Shown here: positions 39,457 to 47,970 of the stretch, piece after piece
Numbering within the stretch: position 1 is the stretch's first letter
Layout: every line of letters starts with the position of its first letter
NCBI GenBank assembly: GCA_026395995.1
Contig: JAPLXQ010000011.1
Location: 4,210-68,209, forward strand
From: Candidatus Nomurabacteria bacterium
GTDB lineage: Bacteria > Patescibacteriota > Minisyncoccia > Phycocordibacterales > UBA9973
DNA: 64,000 bases
Direction of reading: 5' to 3'
The notes under the pieces: model-generated
Told to the model about the DNA's origin: nothing
Databases searched by the model: none
What the model saw: only the letters and a program-made list of their open reading frames with translations
Position numbers and translations under genes: made by a program

Positions 39457-39933
39457 ATGGCAAGACCAAACGATGAAAAATCATTAATCATTATAAAACC
39501 AGATACAGTTCAAAGAAACCTAGTAGGGGAGATAATTTCTCGCTTAGAAAAAAAGGGTCTTAAAATTGCTGGTATGAAAATGATGAGCTTGGAAGATGCA
39601 ACCTTAGAAGAACATTACGCACACATTAAAGATAAGCCATTTTTTCCTGGTATCCGTGACTTTATGAAAGCTTCTCCTGTGGTTGTCTTAGCTATAGAAG
39701 GTATAAATGCTGTTTCATCTATTCGTTTGCTTGTAGGTCCTACAAAAGCTTGGGAAGCTACAGCTGGTACAATTCGTGGAGATTTTTCTCTTTCTACTCA
39801 ATCAAATATTGTTCATGCTTCTGACTCTGTCGAAGCTGGAGAAATAGAAGTCGCTCGTTTCTTTGAAAAAGATGAAATATTTTCTTACAAGAAAATTGAC
39901 TCAGATTTTGTTTACGCAGAACATAAAGAATAG
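39457..39933 (+). CDS. ndk: nucleoside diphosphate kinase
   Basis: IIKPD...NIVHASD motifs; 158 aa. Confidence 0.9.
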   Translation: MARPNDEKSLIIIKPDTVQRNLVGEIISRLEKKGLKIAGMKMMSLEDATLEEHYAHIKDKPFFPGIRDFMKASPVVVLAIEGINAVSSIRLLVGPTKAWEATAGTIRGDFSLSTQSNIVHASDSVEAGEIEVARFFEKDEIFSYKKIDSDFVYAEHKE

Positions 39934-39974
39934 TCTTAAAAATCCCCGAAAGGGGATTTTTAGATTTAAATTCT

Positions 39975-40010
39975 CCCTCTCCTTAATAAGGAGAGGGTTG
40001 GGGTGAGGTG
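39975..40010. repeat. GC-rich palindromic repeat (CCCTCTCCTTAATAAGGAGAGGGTTGGGGTGAGGTG)
   Basis: Family member after ndk. Confidence 0.85.
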
Positions 40011-40072
40011 AATTTTATTTTGTCAATTTGTTTTTTATTTTTTTGTGTGTTTTTAGTAAAAAAAGCTTGCGA

Positions 40073-40256
40073 GAAATTTTGTAATTAGTATACTTTAGGT
40101 AGGGTTATTTCCAATTATTACCTAGAACAATAGTTTATGGGAGCTTCGATCATTACGGACCTTGGTCCATAGTGTCTGGCACCCACGTATTTTTTAAGCT
40201 ACGGTAATATATTGGAAATAGTCCTAAGAAGTAATCCGCTTTGAGGCGGATTTTTT
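40073..40256 (+). ncRNA. candidate small RNA (promoter TTGCGA-N17-TATACT to terminator aatccgctttgaggcggatttttt; no ORF)
   Basis: Promoter-like element at 40066-40100, about 150 nt of structured sequence (ggaccttggtcc hairpin), and an intrinsic terminator at 40232-40256. Confidence 0.3.
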
Positions 40257-40311
40257 CTTTCATAGTCCCTGATAAGGGATTTAGGGTTGTATATTATGTT
40301 ATAATGTATTT

Positions 40312-40710
40312 ATGAACCGAAAAGAAATTTTAAAACAAATGGCTATTGTCATTTTTTTTGTTTTTAGCTTAAACCTTATAGCTCATAAGCTATATTGGTA
40401 TACTTCGATCTGGTATTTTGATATGCCGATGCACTTTTTAGGTGGATTTTTTATCGGACTTTTGGGAATGTATCTACTACCGTATTTTTCCTCCCCCTTA
40501 CTAATGGGGAGGTTGGGAGGGGGTCTTTCTATTTTCCTTTTTGTTCTAATTATCGGTATCGGCTGGGAAATTTTTGAAATTATTTTTAATAATATTATTG
40601 CTGGACAATATTTTAATACGCTCGATACTCTTTCATATATTTTTTTTGATCTTTCTGGTGGACTATCAGCTTATTTTTTTATTTTAAAAAAAAGTGAAAA
40701 TAGTATATAA
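40312..40710 (+). CDS. membrane hypothetical protein
   Basis: Four TM helices. Confidence 0.4.
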   Translation: MNRKEILKQMAIVIFFVFSLNLIAHKLYWYTSIWYFDMPMHFLGGFFIGLLGMYLLPYFSSPLLMGRLGGGLSIFLFVLIIGIGWEIFEIIFNNIIAGQYFNTLDTLSYIFFDLSGGLSAYFFILKKSENSI

Positions 40711-42103
40711 TATACTTATGTCAAAAAAATTAAAACTAACATTTTGTACAGGGGTCAATACTGTGACCGGTGCAAATTATTTACTAGAAGATGAAGAAGC
40801 CGGTCTTAAAATTTTAGTCGACTGTGGACTTATTCAAGGGGAGAGGACTGCTAACGAAGATAATAACGCACCTTTTTCATATGACCCAAAAACAATTGAT
40901 GTATTGTTTGTCACTCATGCACACTTAGACCATGTAGGAAGAATTCCACGTCTTATCGAAGCTGGTTTTGAAGGTAGAATAATTTCGACTATTGCTACGA
41001 AAGACCTCGCTCGTTTTATGGTGGAAGATGAAGCTCATATCCTTGCTCACAATAAACATATTGATCCTGAGCTAGCAAAAGAATTAATTCAAATCTATAG
41101 TGAGAAAAATATAGATAAAATGATGGACTTATGGGAGGGAGTCCCTTATCATCAACCTTTTGATTTGAAAGGATTGAAAATCAATTTTAGAAATTCTGGA
41201 CATATTCTAGGTTCAGCTTTTATTGAAATAATTTGTAATGGTAAGAAAATCGTTTTTACTGGAGATCTAGGTAATTCTCCATCACCAATACTACAAGACT
41301 GTGAAAAATTGACTGATGCTGACTATTTGATTATGGAGTCTGTCTATGGAGACCGTAATCATGAAGACCGAGATACAAGAAAGGTAATGCTTGAGCATAT
41401 TATTCAAGACAATGTAAAAAAAAGAGGTACATTGGTTATGCCGACTTTTTCGTTGGAAAGAACTCAAGAATTACTTTATGAAATTAGTGATTTGATGGTC
41501 AAAGGACGTATTCCTAATTTTCCATTTTATTTAGATTCTCCATTAGCTATAAAATTGACCGATGTTTACAAAAAACATATTGATGATTTGAACACTGAGG
41601 CTTCAGCTTTAGCAAAAACACATAAAGATATTTTTTCTTTTCCTGGTTTGAAAATTATCGGTGATGCAGAAGAATCTAAAAATATTTTACGTATGCCAAA
41701 TCCAAAGATTATTATTGCAGGAAGTGGTATGTCTTCCGGTGGGCGAGTGGTACATCACGAGCACAACTATTTACCTGATCCAAATAATACAATTCTTTTG
41801 ACTGGCTACCAATCCGTCGGTACCCTAGGTAGACACATCCAAGACAAAGAGAATAGTGTTTATATAAATGGAGAGCAGGTTTTAGTTCGTGCAAAAGTAG
41901 AAATGATTTCTGGTTATTCTGGTCATAAAGATTCCGACGCACTCTTGGAGTTCGTAAATGGTACTTCGGAAACAGTAAAACAAATTTTTACTGTCATGGG
42001 TGAGCCAAGCGCCTCGATGTTTTTAATACAAAAAATTCGAGACAATCTCGGTCTCTCAGTTCGACAGCCAGAAAAAGGCGAGATCGTTTTTTTAGAATGT
42101 TAA
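40694..42103 (+). CDS. beta-CASP family MBL-fold ribonuclease (RNase J/CPSF-like)
   Basis: VTHAHLDHVGRIP metallo-beta-lactamase motif plus beta-CASP C-terminal region; 469 aa. Confidence 0.7.
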   Translation: MKIVYNILMSKKLKLTFCTGVNTVTGANYLLEDEEAGLKILVDCGLIQGERTANEDNNAPFSYDPKTIDVLFVTHAHLDHVGRIPRLIEAGFEGRIISTIATKDLARFMVEDEAHILAHNKHIDPELAKELIQIYSEKNIDKMMDLWEGVPYHQPFDLKGLKINFRNSGHILGSAFIEIICNGKKIVFTGDLGNSPSPILQDCEKLTDADYLIMESVYGDRNHEDRDTRKVMLEHIIQDNVKKRGTLVMPTFSLERTQELLYEISDLMVKGRIPNFPFYLDSPLAIKLTDVYKKHIDDLNTEASALAKTHKDIFSFPGLKIIGDAEESKNILRMPNPKIIIAGSGMSSGGRVVHHEHNYLPDPNNTILLTGYQSVGTLGRHIQDKENSVYINGEQVLVRAKVEMISGYSGHKDSDALLEFVNGTSETVKQIFTVMGEPSASMFLIQKIRDNLGLSVRQPEKGEIVFLEC

Positions 42104-42121
42104 TTATGTTATAATCATTAT

Positions 42122-42730
42122 ATGGATATAAAAGCACCAAACCCCTATGTAAAACATGGGCATCGTCAAATAAAAATTTGTGTCTCTGGAGCAGCAGAGA
42201 CTGGTCACTGTGGACCAAATGCATTACAAAAAGCCAAAGACTTAGGCTCTGAGATTGTACGTCAGGGAGGAGTCCTCGTCACTGGGGCCACTACTGGTTT
42301 TCCTTTGTGGTCATCGATGGGCGCAAAAGAAGTAGGAGGTATTTCTATTGGTCTTTCTCCTGCAGCGACTGAAAAAGAACATATTCAAGTATACAAGCTT
42401 CCAGTAGATTATATGGATTTGATTATCTATACAGGTTTTGGTTACCAAATGCGAGATATATTATTGACACGTAGTACTGATGCCGTAATCTTAGGTTGTG
42501 GACGTATAGGCACTATACATGAGTTTACCGTGGCTTTTGAAGATGATAAACCAATTGGAATACTAGAAGATCCGGGATGGGAAATGGGAGATGAGATAAA
42601 GATGATTATTGAAAAAGGTCATCGTCCAAATCCAAAAATAGTATTCGATACTGACCCTAAAAAACTCGTAGAAAAAATTATTGATCTAATATTTAAAGAC
42701 AAAGACGCCGCTGAAGAGAATAAGAGTTAA
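42122..42730 (+). CDS. TIGR00725/LOG-like Rossmann-fold protein
   Basis: 'KICVSGAAETGHCG...VLVTGATTG' resembles the LOG/DprA-like SLOG family. Confidence 0.5.
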   Translation: MDIKAPNPYVKHGHRQIKICVSGAAETGHCGPNALQKAKDLGSEIVRQGGVLVTGATTGFPLWSSMGAKEVGGISIGLSPAATEKEHIQVYKLPVDYMDLIIYTGFGYQMRDILLTRSTDAVILGCGRIGTIHEFTVAFEDDKPIGILEDPGWEMGDEIKMIIEKGHRPNPKIVFDTDPKKLVEKIIDLIFKDKDAAEENKS

Positions 42731-42764
42731 ACTAAAATACATAGGTGAGACCTATGTATTTTAG
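42729..42764. repeat. 36 bp hairpin repeat (actaaaatacataggtgagacctatgtattttagtt), left flank of DGR cassette
   Basis: Near-identical copy at 45495-45533; also serves as a terminator hairpin. Confidence 0.9.
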
Positions 42765-42891
42765 TTTATAATTTAAGTTAAAAACTTGACTTTTATAGTG
42801 TATTGTGCTACACTTGTAGTTGGGAATATGTTGTCTGCCTAGCCCAAAGGGACACGAAAAGTACATTGTAATATATCAATAAATTTGAGTC

Positions 42892-43674
42892 ATGAAAGAC
42901 GAAAAAGAAAATCCGGTTTCTAAACCGACAGCGGGGATGCTCGCACAGTTAGGCTTCATTGTAGGCCAGCAAACGATTAAAGTATTATGTGAAGATGATA
43001 AAACTCTCTCGCATAGTGACGTTCAAATGATGATTTCTGACCCTGAAAACAGCAAGCAATTGCGCGAGTTATCAGAGCAGAATGCTATCAAAATCTTTGG
43101 CATTGTTTCCGATTCTTGGAAACGTGAAAAAGAAAAAAATACAAAATTTTGGAAAGAGTGTTTTGGTATTGATATACCTTGGGAGAAATTAATTATCTCA
43201 AACACAAATCCTGAATTTAAATTTGCTGAATTTATTCCTGAAAGTATCACTGCTCAAAAAGCTTTTGATATTTACGAGAAGAGATTTGGCAAGGACAAGG
43301 TATACAACTACTACGCTGAAAAAGGTATTGATAAAAATATCAAAATACAGCAGGAACGTCCAAAAGGTGATTATGTTATTTGTCATTTAGGTGGCGAAGA
43401 ACCTGATGCGAAACATCTCAATAAAAGCTACGATATATTTTCTACTGATGGAATCAAATATATGATTCCAAAAGAAGGAATAATTGCAGCACTGCGTTAT
43501 CGTTTTGAAACCGGCAAAATGTATGATGAAAAAGGATTAACATTTTTTCACGCGCTGGATGCCGATGACAAGGTGATGTGCATGAGCGGGAACGACAGTG
43601 GCAGGTTCTACATCAGCTGGGACGGCACGGGCTTCCAGAGTGCTGAGTTTGGTCCTCGTCAGGTCAGTTTCTAA
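42892..43674 (+). CDS. DGR target protein (variable C-terminus; likely CLec-fold ligand-binding domain)
   Basis: The C-terminal 35 codons are the VR: they match the downstream TR except at TR adenines. Confidence 0.75.
   Translation: MKDEKENPVSKPTAGMLAQLGFIVGQQTIKVLCEDDKTLSHSDVQMMISDPENSKQLRELSEQNAIKIFGIVSDSWKREKEKNTKFWKECFGIDIPWEKLIISNTNPEFKFAEFIPESITAQKAFDIYEKRFGKDKVYNYYAEKGIDKNIKIQQERPKGDYVICHLGGEEPDAKHLNKSYDIFSTDGIKYMIPKEGIIAALRYRFETGKMYDEKGLTFFHALDADDKVMCMSGNDSGRFYISWDGTGFQSAEFGPRQVSF
43558..43662 (+). repeat. DGR variable repeat (VR)
   Basis: 105 bp aligned to the TR at 43959-44063 with about 22 mismatches, all at positions where the TR has A. Confidence 0.85.
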
Positions 43675-43958
43675 AACTTTTCTTTTTTATTTTTTAACCC
43701 TGTATTTAATTCCCGTACTTCATTATGAAGGACGGGAATTTTTTTATATAATAATATTGGCTGTGAAAATGGTCTCGATTTAAATTGAGATAACATTTTG
43801 CCAAAAATTAGAAACTGCCTGTAAAAAATTGTTGATATAAGATCAAAAACAAAGCTTGCGACCGCAAGAGATAGAGATAGGAACCTGCCTATTATTTATT
43901 CAAAATATTTCTATGGAGATATTTGGTGATACGGAAGATTTTTTACAGTAAAGGACTG

Positions 43959-44063
43959 AATGCCGATGACAAGGTGATGAACATGAACAAGAACAACAAT
44001 GGCAAGTTCAACATCAACTGGAACAACACGGACAACCAGAATGCTAAGTTTGGTCCTCGTCAG
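43959..44063 (+). repeat. DGR template repeat (TR)
   Basis: Non-coding, A-rich copy of the target 3' end, followed by a hairpin aatccgc...gcggatt. Confidence 0.85.
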
Positions 44064-44089
44064 AAGTTTCTCGTGAATCCGCTTTCAAT

Positions 44090-44434
44090 TTATTGAGGCG
44101 GATTTTGTGTTATGGATTTCATCCAGCCGTTTGCCATCATGGAAATATTTTGTAAATTTTCTGCAAGGAGTAGATATTGTTTTTCAGGAATTATTTTGAG
44201 TTCGTATTCAGTACGGATTAAGTGTTTCAATACTTCAGTTTTCAATCTGACTTCTTTCAAATATTGTAATTTTTCTAATTTTGGACGAAAAGCTGATTCG
44301 ATACTCATCGCGAGCAAATGCAGGGAATATTCTTCTATTTTTTTATGAATACCGAGTTTATCGGATTTTGGTAATTTATTTCCTAAAATATAAATAGTTT
44401 TATATAATTTCTTTATATGACTAATGATAGGCAA
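44090..44434 (-). CDS. avd: Avd-like accessory variability determinant (four-helix-bundle / 23S rRNA IVS protein family)
   Basis: 114 aa; 'LPKSDKLGIHKKIEEYSLHL...LQNISMMANGWMKSI' parallels the IVS/Avd family consensus (FPKEE.YGLTSQLRRAA.SI...E.ML.GLIKSL). Confidence 0.7.
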   Translation of the reverse strand: MPIISHIKKLYKTIYILGNKLPKSDKLGIHKKIEEYSLHLLAMSIESAFRPKLEKLQYLKEVRLKTEVLKHLIRTEYELKIIPEKQYLLLAENLQNISMMANGWMKSITQNPPQ

Positions 44435-45513
44435 ATCAATATTTTCTCTGAAGTTGTTGCGGGGGGGGGCTACTCATAGTGACTTATTTTACCACATAAT
44501 TTCACCAGAAAATCTGCTTTTAGCATGGCGAGAATTTAAAAGAGGAAAAGCAAAGAAGATAGACATACAAGAATTTGATTTCTATTTAGAAGAAAATATT
44601 TTTAAACTTCATAATGAATTAAAAAATAAGACATATAAACCGAGTCCATATATCCCATTTTATGTTTGTGATCCAAAGCGTCGGCATATACATAAAGCTT
44701 GTGTACGAGATAGAGTAGTACATCAGGCATTGTTTAGAATTATCTCACCAATTTTTGAAAAATCTTTCATCTATGATTCTTTTTCTTGCCGGAAATACAA
44801 AGGAACGCACGCGGGAGTAGAAAGATTAGAGAACTTTTTGCGACAATCAAGTAAAAATTATTCACAAATAACTTATGCTTTGAAATGTGATATTTCTAAA
44901 TTCTTCGATTCTATTGATCACTGTATTTTAAAAAATTTATTAAGAAAGAAAATTACAGATAATGATGTATTTTGGCTTTTAGAAATTATCATAGATGGTT
45001 TTGAAAAGAAAAGTAAAATATACGCCATGGCTGATATTTCAAACTCACCACTTCTAGCGATAGCAAAGAGTGGTGAGTTAAAAAAAAGGGCTTCCTCTCG
45101 GTAATGTAACAAGTCAATTTTTTGGAAATATTTATTTGCACCAATTAGACTTTTTTATTAAAAATAACTTGAGAGTAAAATACTATATTAGATACGCTGA
45201 TGATTTTGTTATTTTATCAACTGATTATGAGATTCTTTTAAATTGTATTGATAGGATACGAAATTTCTTAAATAAAGAATTATTACTTATATTACATCCA
45301 AAGAAAATATCTATTCGTAAAAATATACAAGGAATTGATTTCTTGGGTTATGTTTTATTACCACATTATAAAGTTTTAAGGACAAATACAAAAAGAAGAA
45401 TTTTTAGAAAATTTAAAAAGAATCTTTCCAAAGAACAACAAGCATCTTATTTCGGAGTATTAAGTCATTGTAAAGGGTATAAAGTAAAACAACAACTAAA
45501 AATACATAGGTGA
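44424..45513 (+). CDS. DGR reverse transcriptase, interrupted by a frameshift in an A8 tract (45080-45087)
   Basis: RT motifs RDRVVHQAL, SFSCRKYKGTHAG, LKCDISKFFDSIDH, then (after the +1 frame change) KGLPLGNVTSQFFGNIYL (the DGR-specific LGxxxSQ) and YIRYADDFVIL (YADD). A G9 tract (44461-44469) lies 36 nt after the ATG. Confidence 0.85.
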
Positions 45514-45533
45514 GACCTATGTATTTTTAGTTG
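45495..45533. repeat. 38 bp hairpin repeat, right flank of DGR cassette
   Basis: Near-identical to 42729-42764. Confidence 0.9.
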
Positions 45534-45593
45534 ACAGTAGTAGCATTTTTATGCTACTTTAGAGGTAAATCATTATTTAAAAATATAAAATAC

Positions 45594-46304
45594 ATGGAAG
45601 AACAATTGTCAGAAATAGAGTTGGCTGCTGATAAACATGCATCTCTAACTATCAATCCTGAATTTTATTCAAAGATTGTTTTGCAACTAGCAAATGATAC
45701 GAAAAAAGCTGAAGAAACTGCAAAGAATATAAAACTCATTGCTCGGCATGTGATGTTACTTGATTCGTTTTATGAAACAAACAAGCTCGAGTACAAGGAT
45801 CTTGCTGAAAAAGCAAAAATAGAATTATTAAAAAATATCCCTAATAATTATAAAGGAGATTTTGAAAAGTTGTACAAAAAATTAAGTACTTTTTGGGTAT
45901 ATGAAAAGTCTTTGATGGAAAAGAAAAAGTTTTCTAAAGAAGAACGGGTAGAATATATACGTAAAAAAGCATCTGATGTATTTATGTATCTATTTATTGC
46001 GGAATTTTCTGTTCATATTCCAAAAAATATAATTGATGCTTTGTATGCCTTACAACAACTCAATGATATCTATGATGATATCATTGATACAAAAGAGGAT
46101 AGAGAGAATGGCTCACCAAATTTAATTTTCCTTTTTTCCTGGGATTATAAAGATATAAAGTCTTTGAGTGGAATGGAGAATATAGAAATGTATTCTCTAA
46201 TTGAAGGATTAACTTCAATTATTCGAAAAAATACAATGGTTGAATTTCCCTTTATTTTTGAAAAGGGGATGGAATACCAACAAAAAATCGTAAACATGTT
46301 ATAA
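45594..46304 (+). CDS. hypothetical protein (alpha-helical; DDxxD-like 'DDIIDTKED' motif)
   Basis: Start at MEEQLSEI; only weak resemblance to class I isoprenoid synthase Asp-rich motifs. Confidence 0.4.
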   Translation: MEEQLSEIELAADKHASLTINPEFYSKIVLQLANDTKKAEETAKNIKLIARHVMLLDSFYETNKLEYKDLAEKAKIELLKNIPNNYKGDFEKLYKKLSTFWVYEKSLMEKKKFSKEERVEYIRKKASDVFMYLFIAEFSVHIPKNIIDALYALQQLNDIYDDIIDTKEDRENGSPNLIFLFSWDYKDIKSLSGMENIEMYSLIEGLTSIIRKNTMVEFPFIFEKGMEYQQKIVNML

Positions 46305-46340
46305 ACAAAAATACCCTCCAATGGAGGGTATTTTTTATTG

Positions 46341-46685
46341 TTATTTAACTTGTGCGAGGATCTTTGCGAAGACTTCTGGATTGTTTTCTGCTAGGTCTGC
46401 TAGAATTTTACGATCAAGCATTATTTTCTTTTTAGCTAATGCACCGATCATTTTACTATAAGACATTCCTAGTTCACGAGCTCCAGCATTGATTTTTATA
46501 TTCCAAAGCTTTCTGTTGTGTGATTTCTTGTCCTTTCTGTGAGCGAAAGAGTAAGCTCCAGCATGAAGGAGAGCATCTTTTGCAGATCGCTCCTTACTAG
46601 AACGTTCTTGACGCATTCCTTTGGTTTGCTTCAAGACACTTCTTCTTCTCTTTAACGCATGTACTCCCTTTTTTACTCTTGTCAT
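46341..46685 (-). CDS. rplT: 50S ribosomal protein L20
   Basis: Canonical L20 sequence. Confidence 0.95.
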   Translation of the reverse strand: MTRVKKGVHALKRRRSVLKQTKGMRQERSSKERSAKDALLHAGAYSFAHRKDKKSHNRKLWNIKINAGARELGMSYSKMIGALAKKKIMLDRKILADLAENNPEVFAKILAQVK

Positions 46686-46694
46686 GTTATTTTA

Positions 46695-46883
46695 TTAGTT
46701 ACTGTTTGGTAATAAGTGGCTTTTTGCCTTGTTTTTGATAACAAATTGTCTGCCTTTCTTTCCTGCGAGCTGAGTAGTACGGGATTGCTTTGCATTGAAA
46801 TGGTTAAAACCCGGTGTACGAGCCATAAGCTTGCCATTCTTTGTTACCTTTAATCTTTTTGAAAATGATTTATTTGTTTTCAT
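46695..46883 (-). CDS. rpmI: 50S ribosomal protein L35
   Basis: 62 aa basic protein; L35 sequence; operon position. Confidence 0.9.
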   Translation of the reverse strand: MKTNKSFSKRLKVTKNGKLMARTPGFNHFNAKQSRTTQLAGKKGRQFVIKNKAKSHLLPNSN

Positions 46884-46892
46884 AATTTTATA

Positions 46893-47399
46893 TTATTTAT
46901 CTTTCTCTATTGTTACGATAATTCCTTTAGGACCTCTTTTGTATGCATCTGAGACTTTATAATTCTCAGTGATCAAGTGTAGGACTCTATCTAAACGTTC
47001 TCGTAAGAACTTTTCATCCATATACTTTGCTCTACCTGAAAGAAAAAGCTCTACTTTGATACGGTGTCCTTCTTTGATCCACTTAGAAGCTGTTTTGGCT
47101 TTGAGCTCTAAATCGTGATCTCCGGTACCGATTTTGACTTGGATTGACTTTGTCTCACTTGGCTTGGCATTAGCCTTAGCTTTTTTAAGCTTTTTACTTT
47201 GCTCATATTGGTATTTACCAAAATCAGCGATCTTTGCGATTGGAGGGTTACCATTGGGTGATATCTCAATCAGGTCCAGACCTTGGCTTGTGGCCATTTC
47301 TAAAGCATCTTTAAAACTTAAAAGTCCAATGTTTTTGTTTTCACTGTCTAGAACGCGTAGTTCTTTAGCTCTTATTTGGTTGTTTATTCTTTCACGCAA
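46893..47399 (-). CDS. infC: translation initiation factor IF-3
   Basis: 168 aa with IF3 N- and C-domain motifs, upstream of rpmI-rplT. Confidence 0.92.
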   Translation of the reverse strand: MRERINNQIRAKELRVLDSENKNIGLLSFKDALEMATSQGLDLIEISPNGNPPIAKIADFGKYQYEQSKKLKKAKANAKPSETKSIQVKIGTGDHDLELKAKTASKWIKEGHRIKVELFLSGRAKYMDEKFLRERLDRVLHLITENYKVSDAYKRGPKGIIVTIEKDK

Positions 47400-47624
47400 T
47401 TTCTATATATTTAAAAACTTTAAGTATTCTAGCAGAAGAAGGGAAAATTTGCAAATAAAACTCCCGTTTTTGGTCCTAATAATAGGGGCACCCATTAGAA
47501 TAGTAGGGTACTTGACTTTTCTATTCATTTGTAATATAATGTACTATATAATCATTAAATAGCCATATTTAATGTATAATTAAATTGTTTTACATTATAA
47601 TAACTAATTTTTAAATAAAATTAT

Positions 47625-47945
47625 ATGTCACAAAATAAAAGTGTTAACGAGATGAATGAAGAATTTATAAACAAGCTTATCGAAGAAGCAGGGATGGGTG
47701 TCGGGCTAGAAGCTGATGTCTTGTCTCAATTAAAATCAGATATGCTAGAACGTTTAGAAGATAGAATCAAAGCTGTCATCTTAGCAAATATTCCTGAATA
47801 CAAACTCGGAGAATTTGAAAAATTAATTGATTCTGGAAATGCCAAAGAAATACAAGATTTTTGTATTTTAACTATTCCAAACTTCACAGAAGTAATAGCT
47901 GGAGAATTTTTAAACTTTAGAAGTAGATATATCAATATTGCTTAA
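47625..47945 (+). CDS. hypothetical protein
   Basis: 106 aa acidic ORF directly upstream of the 1009 aa ORF. Confidence 0.35.
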   Translation: MSQNKSVNEMNEEFINKLIEEAGMGVGLEADVLSQLKSDMLERLEDRIKAVILANIPEYKLGEFEKLIDSGNAKEIQDFCILTIPNFTEVIAGEFLNFRSRYINIA

Positions 47946-47970
47946 TTTAATATTTTAATCGATTAATACA

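Noticed and set aside
43686-43760. Hairpin ttcccgtacttcattatgaaggacgggaa+T7 as a possible DGR IMH element
   Set aside because: It lies outside the VR/TR homology and looks like an ordinary intrinsic terminator for the target gene. IMH-like sequence would be expected within the conserved tttggtcctcgtcag 3' end instead.
45136-45513. Separate 125 aa ORF downstream of the RT
   Set aside because: It is the C-terminal (YADD-containing) portion of the same RT in the +1 frame after the A8 tract, not an independent gene.
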